Source: a bacterium
Lineage (GTDB): Bacteria; Electryoneota; JAOADG01
Length of the DNA: 64,000 bases
Direction: 5' to 3'
NCBI GenBank assembly: GCA_963681965.1
Contig: OY820579.1
Span: 1,632,001-1,696,000, forward strand
Below are positions 10,846-20,822 of this stretch, in pieces (the stretch's first letter is position 1; each line of letters opens with the position of its first letter). The notes beneath the pieces are model-generated. The model searched no databases. It was given only the letters and a program-made list of their open reading frames with translations, and had not been told where the DNA came from. The position numbers and the translations under genes are program-made.

Positions 10846-10861
10846 CATTGAATGGAGAAAA

Positions 10862-13800
10862 TTAGTTGGCTGCTTTGACGCGATACAGTTTCTTGACTGC
10901 TGCAGTAGCATTCAGATCGGTGTAAGTATTCGTCGTGGAAGTTGCGATTAACGACCACGGTCCGGTCTGATAGGTAGCCGAATAAATATTGTAGGATGTT
11001 GCGCCAGAAACGGTAGTCCAGTTAAGTACTGCATTACCGTTTACTGTTGCGGACAAGGTAATCGCCAAATCGGTCGGATCTGGTGGTGGACCGGCAATCG
11101 AAATGGTAAATACATTGCTGATCACATCTACCGGACTATCCATATCGCCTACGATCACTTTACAGTTGGTCGACGGGGTATTGGGAATCGTCCATTCGAA
11201 CGAATGGGTATTGGCAATCGGTCCAAACAGATGGTTCCAAGACATCCCGCCATCCGTAGAATATGCACCATTCACCTGCGCGATACCATTATCCGTCCAA
11301 GTGATATTGTGCGTCGAACCGATATTCCAATTTTCGCCACCGACCGGTGAAGTTAGTGCGAGAGTGTGAAGCGTTACATAGAACCCTCCACCGTAGATTA
11401 CGCTATGATTATCCGAAACCAGCTTTAATGAGACATGATGATTGCTGACCCATTCCGGTACAGTCCAGTCGTATGAGTGGGTGTTTGTCGTGAAATCGAA
11501 AATTTGATTCCACGAAGCACCAGCTTCGTCGGTCATGTAATACATCGCTACTTGCGCACAACCATCATCCGTCCAGGTAATGTGTTGCACTGATCCGGGG
11601 AACAGAGTGTCGGTTGCCGCTGGGAAAGTAGCCGAAGTGAAGTTAATATTCTGAACCATAAACGATGGGCTGACACCGTATGCACTGGTAAGCGGTGACT
11701 CGACTTTAATTGTCAAGTAAAGTACTTGCCACTCGAATGCGGTAGTATTGAGTGGTACTGTCCATGCATAGGTGTTGGTATTCGGTAGATCCGAAACAAT
11801 CGAATGCCAATTTGTACCGTTATCGTCCGACCAGTAAAGGTTTACGAGATCCATGCCATTATCGGTCCAAGTAATGTTATGGACTGATCCAACCATCCAG
11901 AAGGAAGTGTTGGTTGGCGATGTGACAGTGACCTGATAATCGGAAATTGTGAAGGTGTTGCTAACTGCTTCTGCACCAGTTCCCGATGTGATTTTAACTT
12001 TACAAGTAGTCGATGGTGTAAACGGTAACGACCACGGGTAAGTACCGGTATTGGCGATCGGACCAAATATTTGCGTCCAGTTTGCACCATTGTCAACTGA
12101 GTAGAAACCGTTTGCTACCGTCATTCCATTATCAATCCACGTCACATTGTGCGTTGTTCCGACCACCCAGTCATTCCCGAAAGCCGGGCTGGTGACGGAA
12201 GCGATCGAATAATTCGCATTGACCGGCCATTCAGTAGACCAAACCGATGGAACGGAATTCTTGATGCTGCGAACCCGCCAAAAATAGCGAACCCCTGGAA
12301 CAAGTGTAGTAAACGTATAAGATGTGGTCGTGATAACTGAATTGTCGACTGTTGTGAACAGACTATCCGAAGCAACCTGGAGATGGTATGTCGCAGCCAA
12401 AGGATCGGCAACCCACTCAAAAGTCGCATTATTCGGTACCACGGTAGCATTCATTGACGGACCCATCTGGATCGGTGCCGACGAAAAGCCCGAACTCGGC
12501 ATTCCGGGGGTACCGTAATCGCCATTGATCATCTGAACGTTTGAAATGGACCATGAAGTACCAACTCGACGGTCGGCATTGAGGTCAGGCAGATAGATCG
12601 ATTTGCCAAGGGTATTGGCATTCAATGGCCACAATCCGGAAACGGCATACGACAAGCTGTCGATGATCGTTCCCGAGCTGTTGGTTAATGTCATACGTGC
12701 AGTTGAATTCGACAGCGAGCCAGTGCGGGGATACCCGTAATTAGCAGTGATACCCATAAACCCGGACAGCGAATCGGGGTAGTTGGCGAAGACTACATAT
12801 TGACCCGGTTGAACGATCAAATCGGTACCAATGATGGTATCGGCAACGCTGGAAGTCGACCAGTTAATCGTGACATGCCAGCCGTTGAGGTTGATCGCGG
12901 AAGATGTGGTATTGACCGCTTCGAACCATTCGAGCAATTGTTCGGATGAGGTTCGGTGGCTAGGGTGATAATTGATTTCGTCAATCATCATTACCGGTAG
13001 CGGGGTGGCAGTCCAAGAGAATACACCGGTCAAAGTACCGGCAACGTTGTTCGATGCGTCGGCAAGATTGCTAACCGATAAAGTGTATTCCACAGTGGAA
13101 ACCATCGGAGTCGACGGATTTAAATAGACCGATACATCCATCAAGTTAGCAGCGAGACGAACGCTGTCGATCGTTAAACCGAAGATGGAATAATTGGTCC
13201 GAAGATTGGCTGAGGCAGTTTCCAACGGTTCGTTGAAGTGTGCAATTGCGACATATCGACCGGAAGAAGCGACCGACGACAATATCGGAGGGGTAACGTC
13301 GCTGCCACCGTTGGTGGCGCCTGGAGTACCGTATAGCGTACCCGAGATCAACCAGTTGGCACCGAGTGAATTGTCGTGACTCGGGTTGTCGAGCATGATG
13401 CTGTAACCGGCTGTCGCAATCGGCCACGGCGATGCATTGGTGTAACCAACGGCATTGATTTCGTTACCACTCAAATCGTAAATGCGGATCGAGTCGGTTG
13501 GCATACTCAATTCGAACGTGAACGACGGACCGACGATAGTTGTAGAGACATCGGGATAATCGGCAATAAACGTTGAAGTGGTGTACGGGAGAATGTAGTA
13601 ACCACCGGCAGCGATCGTTGTACCGGCAGGAAGAGTATAACTGCGAACGGCATTGTCCGAGAACTGGAAGTACGAAAGATCGATTGTTTCAGCAGTATTG
13701 TTGTAGAGCTCAACCCAATCATGGGCATGTGATGCAGGCTCGGTACGGTAGTACATAACTTCGTTGACAACCAGCCGGGTATTGGTTAGCGGTGTTGCCA

Positions 13801-14782
13801 AAACGCGATAGCGGTAATCGGACGAGGGGAGCCGAACTGTGCTAGCACCTTGATTGGTCGCATCGACATAATATTCGACCAAAGTCCCTTCAACTTGTCC
13901 GGGAATATTGCCGGTCCAAGTTGTACCGGTAGTATTGGTCATGGCAACGGCTGTATAGGTGCCCGTGCCACCGGTGCGGTACTGAATATTGACGGTTGCA
14001 TTACTCGTTCCGGATACATCGGCAGTAATCGTTACCGCACTGTTCGGAGTCGGGTGCGATAAACCGGCATTGTTGACCGAATTAATCGAAGCTGGCAAAG
14101 TGCCGCCTCGAAGCGAAGCGATCCAAGCGGTATTCAAACCGCCGTTGCCTTGACCCGGAGTTACATTCGAAGCATAATCTAAAGCTACTGGAACTGTATA
14201 CCAATTGGCAGTATCTGCAACACCTGCGGCAGTATTTCCAATGTAATGAGTTGCTTTTGTATTAGTAGTACCGCCAAGTGGTTTTTTCGCTAAGAATCCT
14301 GCGTTATCGCCTTGATCCCAGTCGTGAATGACGACGCCAGCGGCATCTTTCAACATCGGTGCATCGCCAGCAGCAAAAGATGTTGAATTTCCATTATTGA
14401 AAGAGATCCAAGAACCACCATTCGTTACTTTGGTGCCGTTGTGAGCAAGTACGACTTTATTATCAGTGGTCCAATCGACATCCTCTGGTGGAACTCCAAG
14501 CGGTACATCGATTTCACCGGCATTATAGACAACGATGATTGTGCCTGCAGGAACCGAGGCAAACATTGCATCGCTGAACTGTACGTAGGCTGCAGAGGTT
14601 GCACTCGATGTGTAGTTATCGGTCAGGCGCCAGTTCTGCATGTTAGTGGTTTGAACTACTAGGAGTTCCACCCACTCTTTGGAGCCACTACCACCTTGCG
14701 TCCACTCATTGATGATCACCGACTGTGCAAACGACAGTGTGGTCATCAAGATGAGCGCAAAGAGGACAATTGCTTTTTTCAT
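10862..14782 (-). CDS. Large secreted protein with 3 lamin-tail domains, FN3/Ig domains and 4 Ser/Thr-rich Ig-like repeats
   Basis: Signal peptide MKKAIVLFAL; INEW/VNEVMY/IDEINY...WVEL...GTPG lamin-tail motifs; repeats TSP....W..G..HNITW.DNG. Confidence 0.85.
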   Translation of the reverse strand: MKKAIVLFALILMTTLSFAQSVIINEWTQGGSGSKEWVELLVVQTTNMQNWRLTDNYTSSATSAAYVQFSDAMFASVPAGTIIVVYNAGEIDVPLGVPPEDVDWTTDNKVVLAHNGTKVTNGGSWISFNNGNSTSFAAGDAPMLKDAAGVVIHDWDQGDNAGFLAKKPLGGTTNTKATHYIGNTAAGVADTANWYTVPVALDYASNVTPGQGNGGLNTAWIASLRGGTLPASINSVNNAGLSHPTPNSAVTITADVSGTSNATVNIQYRTGGTGTYTAVAMTNTTGTTWTGNIPGQVEGTLVEYYVDATNQGASTVRLPSSDYRYRVLATPLTNTRLVVNEVMYYRTEPASHAHDWVELYNNTAETIDLSYFQFSDNAVRSYTLPAGTTIAAGGYYILPYTTSTFIADYPDVSTTIVGPSFTFELSMPTDSIRIYDLSGNEINAVGYTNASPWPIATAGYSIMLDNPSHDNSLGANWLISGTLYGTPGATNGGSDVTPPILSSVASSGRYVAIAHFNEPLETASANLRTNYSIFGLTIDSVRLAANLMDVSVYLNPSTPMVSTVEYTLSVSNLADASNNVAGTLTGVFSWTATPLPVMMIDEINYHPSHRTSSEQLLEWFEAVNTTSSAINLNGWHVTINWSTSSVADTIIGTDLIVQPGQYVVFANYPDSLSGFMGITANYGYPRTGSLSNSTARMTLTNSSGTIIDSLSYAVSGLWPLNANTLGKSIYLPDLNADRRVGTSWSISNVQMINGDYGTPGMPSSGFSSAPIQMGPSMNATVVPNNATFEWVADPLAATYHLQVASDSLFTTVDNSVITTTSYTFTTLVPGVRYFWRVRSIKNSVPSVWSTEWPVNANYSIASVTSPAFGNDWVVGTTHNVTWIDNGMTVANGFYSVDNGANWTQIFGPIANTGTYPWSLPFTPSTTCKVKITSGTGAEAVSNTFTISDYQVTVTSPTNTSFWMVGSVHNITWTDNGMDLVNLYWSDDNGTNWHSIVSDLPNTNTYAWTVPLNTTAFEWQVLYLTIKVESPLTSAYGVSPSFMVQNINFTSATFPAATDTLFPGSVQHITWTDDGCAQVAMYYMTDEAGASWNQIFDFTTNTHSYDWTVPEWVSNHHVSLKLVSDNHSVIYGGGFYVTLHTLALTSPVGGENWNIGSTHNITWTDNGIAQVNGAYSTDGGMSWNHLFGPIANTHSFEWTIPNTPSTNCKVIVGDMDSPVDVISNVFTISIAGPPPDPTDLAITLSATVNGNAVLNWTTVSGATSYNIYSATYQTGPWSLIATSTTNTYTDLNATAAVKKLYRVKAAN

Positions 14783-14980
14783 AACTTTCCTCCGAATAAT
14801 CAATAGCTGAATTCGTGATTGTGAATTTTTAAACAGAAAAATGTAATAATCAGTTGTTAAGAAAGTGTGCAAAGGTACTCACTCGAGAGATTACTCTCAA
14901 GTGATTTCTGAAACTCGATAAAGTTTGATAAGTTAGGTACGGTTTTCACTGTTTTCAAACCAGTTTGACGGGAAGTAGAA

Positions 14981-16150
14981 ATGGGAAAAAAAAATTACCA
15001 AATGGATCGCAATTGCGAGTTTTTTCGTTATAAGTTTAATATAAATTATTTATTATTAACAGTATTGTTGGTCGTATTGAGTGGCTGCCCGACGCATCGA
15101 TTGCCGCAATTGTTATCCGATTCTGAACAAATGCGGGCGAAATCCGGTTTGGTGAAATTTCTTTCGAATAATAGCCGCATCCTCACTGAGGCAGGGATCA
15201 GCGAACCGACCGAGTTTTCGGTTGGCGCCAAACAAACCAATGAGATCCTGCCCTATGAATGCTGGGAACTTCAAATCAACGATCCTAAACGCCACCCCGT
15301 AAGACTGTTGCTGAAAATTTACAGTAACGATGAAGACGCACTCACTGAGGAAATCAATTACCGAAAGCTTCGCACCTTGAAGATGCCGGTACCGGTCGAT
15401 CTAGTATGGTCGAAAGCGAAACCGTATGCGAATGCGCCCTGTGTATTAATGGCGAAACCAGTAGGTCGCACTCTGGGAGAAGCGATCGCACTGAAGATCA
15501 GCAAAAAAGAGCCAGAAACGGCGCAGAATTATACCGACTTGATCAAAATATTAGCCGATTTACACCGTACGACCTTGCTCGATACGGTGGATCGGTTCCC
15601 GGTCGGGGAATGGTTGCGCCAAATGGCGGAAATCGGGGTGTATCGCGAGATCTGGGATCAAACGGTGTGCGATTCGCTCAAGGCGATTGCGAGTGGCTGG
15701 AAACCGGAGCGGAAAGCGAATATCCACGGCGCGTTGAGCTTTCAGAATGTCTGGGTCGACAGCTCATTTAAAGTAACAGTGTATACCGATTGGGAACGAA
15801 GCGGGTGTGGCGAACCGATCATTGATGTCGGTTTTTTGGCTGCGGAAATGATGGTGGCGCAGCCGTTGGAATTGCGGGAACGATACAATCAGGCGTTCGA
15901 TCCGGATTTCGATCGAATTGGCTTGACGAAAGCGTTCCTGGGTGCATACTTGAAGCAAACGGGTATTCCGAATACGGCTGAGTTGCAAGCCAATTTTCGT
16001 GCGTCATTTTACTTAAAGCTGGTATCGATCGTTATTTATCAGCAACGCGATCCGTTGTTGAAACGAGGGGTAGAGCAGATCCGATCGATGCTTTCGGTGC
16101 TTCTCCGGAATGATCCGACGCAGAAACTCGTTAATTTATCCGGTAAATGA
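14981..16150 (+). CDS. Aminoglycoside phosphotransferase/choline-kinase-fold protein, putative lipoprotein
   Basis: LLLKIY, LADLH, HGALSFQNV, TDWE, DVG motifs; hydrophobic N-terminus ending in LSGC. Start uncertain. Confidence 0.7.
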   Translation: MGKKNYQMDRNCEFFRYKFNINYLLLTVLLVVLSGCPTHRLPQLLSDSEQMRAKSGLVKFLSNNSRILTEAGISEPTEFSVGAKQTNEILPYECWELQINDPKRHPVRLLLKIYSNDEDALTEEINYRKLRTLKMPVPVDLVWSKAKPYANAPCVLMAKPVGRTLGEAIALKISKKEPETAQNYTDLIKILADLHRTTLLDTVDRFPVGEWLRQMAEIGVYREIWDQTVCDSLKAIASGWKPERKANIHGALSFQNVWVDSSFKVTVYTDWERSGCGEPIIDVGFLAAEMMVAQPLELRERYNQAFDPDFDRIGLTKAFLGAYLKQTGIPNTAELQANFRASFYLKLVSIVIYQQRDPLLKRGVEQIRSMLSVLLRNDPTQKLVNLSGK

Positions 16151-16248
16151 AAGAAACTGATTAGTTAACGGGGATTGCGGCGGGTCGTTTCGACTTGGAA
16201 CTGAAGAAATTATGCAAGGTATTGAATAAGTTTGACCTCAAAGAGGAT

Positions 16249-16277
16249 TTGCATTTCCCGCAGAGGTTTTTTATCTT
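16249..16277 (+). promoter_or_regulatory. Sigma70-like promoter for the tRNA cluster
   Basis: TTGCAT-17 bp-TATCTT about 40 bp upstream of tRNA-Glu. Confidence 0.55.
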
Positions 16278-16314
16278 GCCATGCTCGTAAAAATACGGGC
16301 AATTTTGTTATGTT

Positions 16315-16386
16315 GACTCCATCGTCTAGTGGTTAGGACTCGAGGTTTTCGACCTCGCAACCGGGGTTCGAACCCCCGTGGAGTCG
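16315..16386 (+). tRNA. tRNA-Glu (TTC)
   Basis: Cloverleaf; anticodon arm CGAGG-TTTTCGA-CCTCG; GGTTCGAAC T loop; CCA not encoded. Confidence 0.93.
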
Positions 16387-16462
16387 CAGTCTAGCGGTTC
16401 GATCAGACATGTTCTTTCATTCTTGTTTTGACCGGATTCCGATGGTACTATTCCATTGGTTT

Positions 16463-16536
<74 letters not shown>

Positions 16537-16641
16537 CGATAACAGTTGTTTACGTAGATAAGTCTGAAATAAGACGATAACTTGATTTTTCGGGCGATAT
16601 AGCGTTATATTAAGCGCTTGCGACGGTTTTAATCGTTCTTT

Positions 16642-16714
16642 GCGGGAGTAACTCAGTTGGTAGAGTGCCACGTTGCCAACGTGGTTGTCGCCGGTTCGAG
16701 TCCGGTCTCCCGCT
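16642..16714 (+). tRNA. tRNA-Gly (GCC)
   Basis: GCGGGAG acceptor; arm CCACG-TTGCCAA-CGTGG; discriminator U. Confidence 0.96.
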
Positions 16715-16854
16715 CTCCATCGGTTCGGAAGGGTGGCAATGGAACGTTGTGCCATCTTTACCCGCGATCGCATCGCAGGGCTGATGCCGATACCTCACGT
16801 GCTGGGCGGAGACGAATACGGTTCTCCGTTTTATTTTTTCGGCGAGAGGGTTAC

Positions 16855-16926
<72 letters not shown>

Positions 16927-16942
16927 CTTTGAGTTGGGAACC

Positions 16943-17026
16943 GCCGGGGTGGCGGAATAGGCAGACGCAAGGGACTTAAAATCCCTCGGGGTAACACCCG
17001 TACCGGTTCAAGTCCGGTCCTCGGCA
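16943..17026 (+). tRNA. tRNA-Leu (TAA)
   Basis: Arm AGGGA-CTTAAAA-TCCCT; long variable arm. Confidence 0.96.
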
Positions 17027-17089
17027 CGCGGGACATTGCAGTCCGCGCCAGTTACATGGACGGATCCTTGCGATGTCGGCAAGAATTTC

Positions 17090-17164
<75 letters not shown>

Positions 17165-17249
17165 CTGCGATACAATCGTACGCGCAAATGAATTTCATCG
17201 GCGCCGCTATTGCGGCGTCTTGTGTCAGAGACCGCTGGAGGAGTATACC

Positions 17250-17786
17250 GTTAGAGCACCGCAATCACTACCGTCCGATGACGGAAAGATTCGTGTCAAT
17301 GAGATGATTCGCGTACCACAGGTACGGGTTGTCAATTTTGACGGTCAGCAACTTGGGATCATGGATACCAAGCTGGCGATGGAAAGAGCTCGCGAAGCGG
17401 AATTGGATCTGATCGAAATCGCGCCGAATGCGAACCCTCCGGTTTGCAAGATTCTCGATTTCGGTAAGTACAAGTTCCAACTGGCCAAAAAGGAGCGCGA
17501 CTCGCGTAAAAAACAGTCGCATTCCGAAGTCAAGAAAATTCGTTTTACGCCGGTCACCGACGATCACGATTTCGAGACGAAAGTGAAGCAGTCGCGCGGT
17601 TTCATCCTCGAGGGGAACAAAGTTAAAGCAGTGGTGTTGTTCCGGGGACGATTGTTAACGCGCAAGGAATTCGGCGATGAATTGCTTCAGCGATTTTGTA
17701 CAGCCTTGGCTGATGTCGCGAAAGTAGAAATCGCGATTCAGATGGAAGGGGCACGCAGCATGAGCGTGCAATTGATGAAGAAATAA
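17250..17786 (+). CDS. infC: Translation initiation factor IF-3
   Basis: [34 protein letters not shown]; precedes rpmI-rplT. Start inferred to be non-canonical. Confidence 0.95.
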   Translation, partial: VRAPQSLPSDDGKIRVNEMIRVPQVRVVNFDGQQLGIMDTKLAMERAREAELDLIEIAPNANPPVCKILDFGKYKFQLAKKERDSRKKQSHSEVKKIRFTPVTDDHDFETKVKQSRGFILEGNKVKAVVLFRGRLLTRKEFGDELLQRFCTALADVAKVEIAIQMEGARSMSVQLMKK

Positions 17787-17797
17787 GGTGGCTGACA

Positions 17798-17992
17798 ATG
17801 CCCAAGATGAAGTCCAAACGTTCGGCTTGCAAGCGATTTAAAGTAACCGGTACCGGTAAAGTATCGCGCCGTCGCAACGAAATGCGTCACAAGCTCACGC
17901 ACAAGAGTTCGAAACGAAAACGTCATCTGTCGACTGAAGCATTGGTAGCGCGTGTCGATGAGAAGCGTGTCAAGCGGTTGATTTTGGCGTAA
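17798..17992 (+). CDS. rpmI: 50S ribosomal protein L35
   Basis: [21 protein letters not shown]; conserved synteny. Confidence 0.97.
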   Translation: MPKMKSKRSACKRFKVTGTGKVSRRRNEMRHKLTHKSSKRKRHLSTEALVARVDEKRVKRLILA

Positions 17993-18056
17993 TCGGTAGA
18001 TCCTGTTGGCGGGGGCATCGCGATGCTACCCGCAAAGTCGAAGAAAAGAGTTAGAA

Positions 18057-18404
18057 ATGCCCAGAAGTACTAGAAATGTCGCATCGAAGCAGCGTCGCAA
18101 AAAAGTTTTAAAGGCTGCCAAGGGTTTTTGGGGTTCGCGTCATACCCGTATTCGCTCCGCGATGGATGCGGTTGACCGTTCACGTTTGTATGCCTTCGAA
18201 CATCGCCGGAACAAGAAACGCGATTTCCGCGGACTATGGATTGTCCGTATCAATGCCGCCGTTCGTCAATTCGGCATGAGCTATAGTGTGTTCATGCATC
18301 TGTTGGAAGAGAAGGGCATTGCGGTGAATCGCAAAGTACTTGCCGACCTCGCATTTAGCGATCCAGTAGCGTTTGAGCGCCTCGTGGAGGCTGCCCGAGC
18401 CTAA
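18057..18404 (+). CDS. rplT: 50S ribosomal protein L20
   Basis: KKVLKAAKGFWG, KKRDFRGLWIVRINAA, NRKVLADLA. Confidence 0.97.
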   Translation: MPRSTRNVASKQRRKKVLKAAKGFWGSRHTRIRSAMDAVDRSRLYAFEHRRNKKRDFRGLWIVRINAAVRQFGMSYSVFMHLLEEKGIAVNRKVLADLAFSDPVAFERLVEAARA

Positions 18405-18430
18405 TCGCGCACCTTGCGAACAAGCTTATG

Positions 18431-18462
18431 GGGAACCTCCGTAAAAGAGGTTCCCTTTTTTT
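18431..18462 (+). terminator. Rho-independent terminator after rplT
   Basis: GGGAACCTC-loop-GAGGTTCCC followed by T tract. Confidence 0.88.
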
Positions 18463-18520
18463 ATATTTGAGATTGTTTTTATGAACGGATTGAGAAATTG
18501 CTGGAGTAAGAATTTCAATC

Positions 18521-18606
18521 TGTCATTGCGAAGCCCCGAAGGGGCTGTGGCAATCTACTATTGTATTTTTTTGACGTTCTTCCGTAGGGGCGTATGGCAT
18601 ACGCCC
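18521..18606. repeat. REP-like palindrome cluster
   Basis: TGTCATTGCGAAGCCCCGAAGGGGCTGTGGCAATCTACT (near-copy at 20723-20761) and GTAGGGGCGTATGGCATACGCCC. Confidence 0.75.
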
Positions 18607-18639
18607 AATCTTTTTCATTGTTGTTTCTGAGAGGAAAAT

Positions 18640-19563
18640 ATGATCGAGAATGATTGGGAAGGTGTGGAACAAAAAGATGATAACGAATATTACACAGAAG
18701 TTTATCAGATCACTGCAGGTTTTTTTAGAAAACTCATCCCTAATCTGGATCGACTAAAAGATGTTTTGAATATTAAAATGCAGGATTATTGTAAGAAATT
18801 GCATTTACATCAAAGTCAGTATCCCAATATCGGGGATATTGAAGCTATCACAGAGAGATTTGGCTTAGTGAGTATGTTTCGAATGGTTGATGAATATAAT
18901 GTTCTGTCGATAAAAAGTCAGTATAAGTATTTAAGGCTTTTAAAGGGTGCGATTTTAATGCAATATGAGGAGCTTGAAGAATTAAATAATAAGAATAGGA
19001 ATCCTAATGACAAAAATTTAGAGATAGCATTGCAACAAGTTAAAGACGAATTAAACAAAGATATTTTCAAAGGACTCAGACCCAATCAAATTTTTCTTGA
19101 GGAGTTTTATCACCCGGATTCGAAAGTGACGAGGAATGTTAGTGAGAGTGTCTCAATAACTCCTGAATTAATTTCACAAGAATTATTTACTAAGAAATTA
19201 CAGTATTTAAAACGAATCGTATCTCAGATTAACGCAAGTTATCGCTACGAACTATACGATTGCTGTGCAGTGATGTGTAGAAGGTTGCTAATACTCCTTA
19301 TCATTGAGCTATTTGAAAGTAAGGAAAAGTTAAAGCTGATTTTTAATAACGACGAATATTTGCCATTACCAACAATGATTGATCAATTAAAAAAAGAGTA
19401 TCCCGGACAGTTTACGAATCATAGTGGATTATTGCGATTAAAGAGTCTTGGTGATCGAGCTGCTCATCACAGAAGAGCATTTACTGATAAGGATAATATC
19501 GATAAACTTCACGATGATTTTAATACAAACATCAAAACACTTGTATCACTGATTTTAGATTAA
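18640..19563 (+). CDS. AT-rich hypothetical protein with a C-terminal DUF4145/HEPN-like domain
   Basis: YDCCAVMCRRLL and LKSLGDRAAH motifs; GAGG Shine-Dalgarno; visibly lower GC than neighbours. Confidence 0.65.
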   Translation: MIENDWEGVEQKDDNEYYTEVYQITAGFFRKLIPNLDRLKDVLNIKMQDYCKKLHLHQSQYPNIGDIEAITERFGLVSMFRMVDEYNVLSIKSQYKYLRLLKGAILMQYEELEELNNKNRNPNDKNLEIALQQVKDELNKDIFKGLRPNQIFLEEFYHPDSKVTRNVSESVSITPELISQELFTKKLQYLKRIVSQINASYRYELYDCCAVMCRRLLILLIIELFESKEKLKLIFNNDEYLPLPTMIDQLKKEYPGQFTNHSGLLRLKSLGDRAAHHRRAFTDKDNIDKLHDDFNTNIKTLVSLILD

Positions 19564-19584
19564 CCATGATTAATATTCGGAGTA

Positions 19585-20625
19585 ATGATGTATCTCCAAA
19601 CCGAAATTGACGATCTAAAGCAGCGTTTCAGCGATGCGCTGGGAACTGCGAATCCCGCGGCTTGGGAAGAGCTGAAGAACCGTTTCCTCAGTCGCAAAGG
19701 GGAATTGGCAGCGCTGTTCGATCAACTGGGAAAAGCTCCCGGCGACGAACGGAAAGCGCTGGGGATGGCGCTGAATGAATTGAAAAATGATTTCACCGCT
19801 CGGATCGAAACGTTGCGATCACAGGCGAGTGTCAAGATTGCGATTCCGCGACTCGATCCGACCCTGCCGGGACGTCCATTCGATCGTCCGACTCAACACC
19901 CGATCACGCAGGCGATGCTCAAGATTGCCGATCTCTTTGCGCGGATGGGATTCGTGGTCGAAGAAGGTCCGGAACTGGAGACGGCATTCTACAACTTCGA
20001 TGCATTGAATACCCCGAGTTGGCACCCGGCACGTGAGAAATCGGATACGCTCTATTTGGAAACGAAGATCGGCGATCGCGAATTGCTCCGCACCGAAACA
20101 TCACCGGTACAGATTCACGCACTCGAGCGGCGTGGTGTGCCGTTACGGATCATCTCACCCGGAAGAGTCTATCGCAACGACAAGCCGGATGCGACGCATA
20201 GCCCCGTGTTCTATCAAGTGGAAGGTCTCTGTGTCGATCGCGGTATTTCGATGGCGGATCTGAAAGGGACATTACTCGCATTTTATCGCGCATTGCTGGG
20301 TCATGATACCGAGATTCGCTTCCGACCGCATTTCTTCCCGTTTACGGAACCATCGGCGGAAGTCGATGTCACCTGTCCGTTCTGTCATGGCGGCGGTTGC
20401 AGGATTTGCAAGCAGAGTGGATTCATCGAGATGGGCGGTTGCGGGATGGTTCATCCGAATGTGCTGGAAGGGGTGAAACTGCCGGGCGGCGCGACGATCG
20501 ACACGGAGATTTATACCGGTTTCGCATTCGGTCTAGGGATTGAACGATTAGCGATGCTGTTGTACGGCATTGACGATATCCGGTTATTCTATGAAAACGA
20601 TTTGCGGTTTCTAAATCAATTTTAA
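19585..20625 (+). CDS. pheS: Phenylalanine-tRNA ligase alpha subunit
   Basis: NFDALN, PGRVYRND, FPFTEPSAE, GFAFGLGIER. Confidence 0.98.
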   Translation: MMYLQTEIDDLKQRFSDALGTANPAAWEELKNRFLSRKGELAALFDQLGKAPGDERKALGMALNELKNDFTARIETLRSQASVKIAIPRLDPTLPGRPFDRPTQHPITQAMLKIADLFARMGFVVEEGPELETAFYNFDALNTPSWHPAREKSDTLYLETKIGDRELLRTETSPVQIHALERRGVPLRIISPGRVYRNDKPDATHSPVFYQVEGLCVDRGISMADLKGTLLAFYRALLGHDTEIRFRPHFFPFTEPSAEVDVTCPFCHGGGCRICKQSGFIEMGGCGMVHPNVLEGVKLPGGATIDTEIYTGFAFGLGIERLAMLLYGIDDIRLFYENDLRFLNQF

Positions 20626-20681
20626 TCGGAGCGGAACACTATTTCCGCAAAATTATTCGTTGGGTCATATGGTGTATGCCC

Positions 20682-20801
20682 GGAGGTGGGGCTTCAGCCC
20701 CGCCACTGCTTGTATCATGATCTGTCGATGCGAAGCCCCGAAGGGGTTGTGGCAATCTACTCTTGTATCTTGATTTGGTGGCGCAGGCTTCCGAGCCTGC
20801 G
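20682..20801. repeat. REP-like palindrome mosaic between pheS and pheT
   Basis: Three different palindromes, each with a near-copy elsewhere (54591-54613, 18521-18559, and 57439-57464 reverse). Confidence 0.75.
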
Positions 20802-20822
20802 ATTCAAATAGTTAGGTCGATT

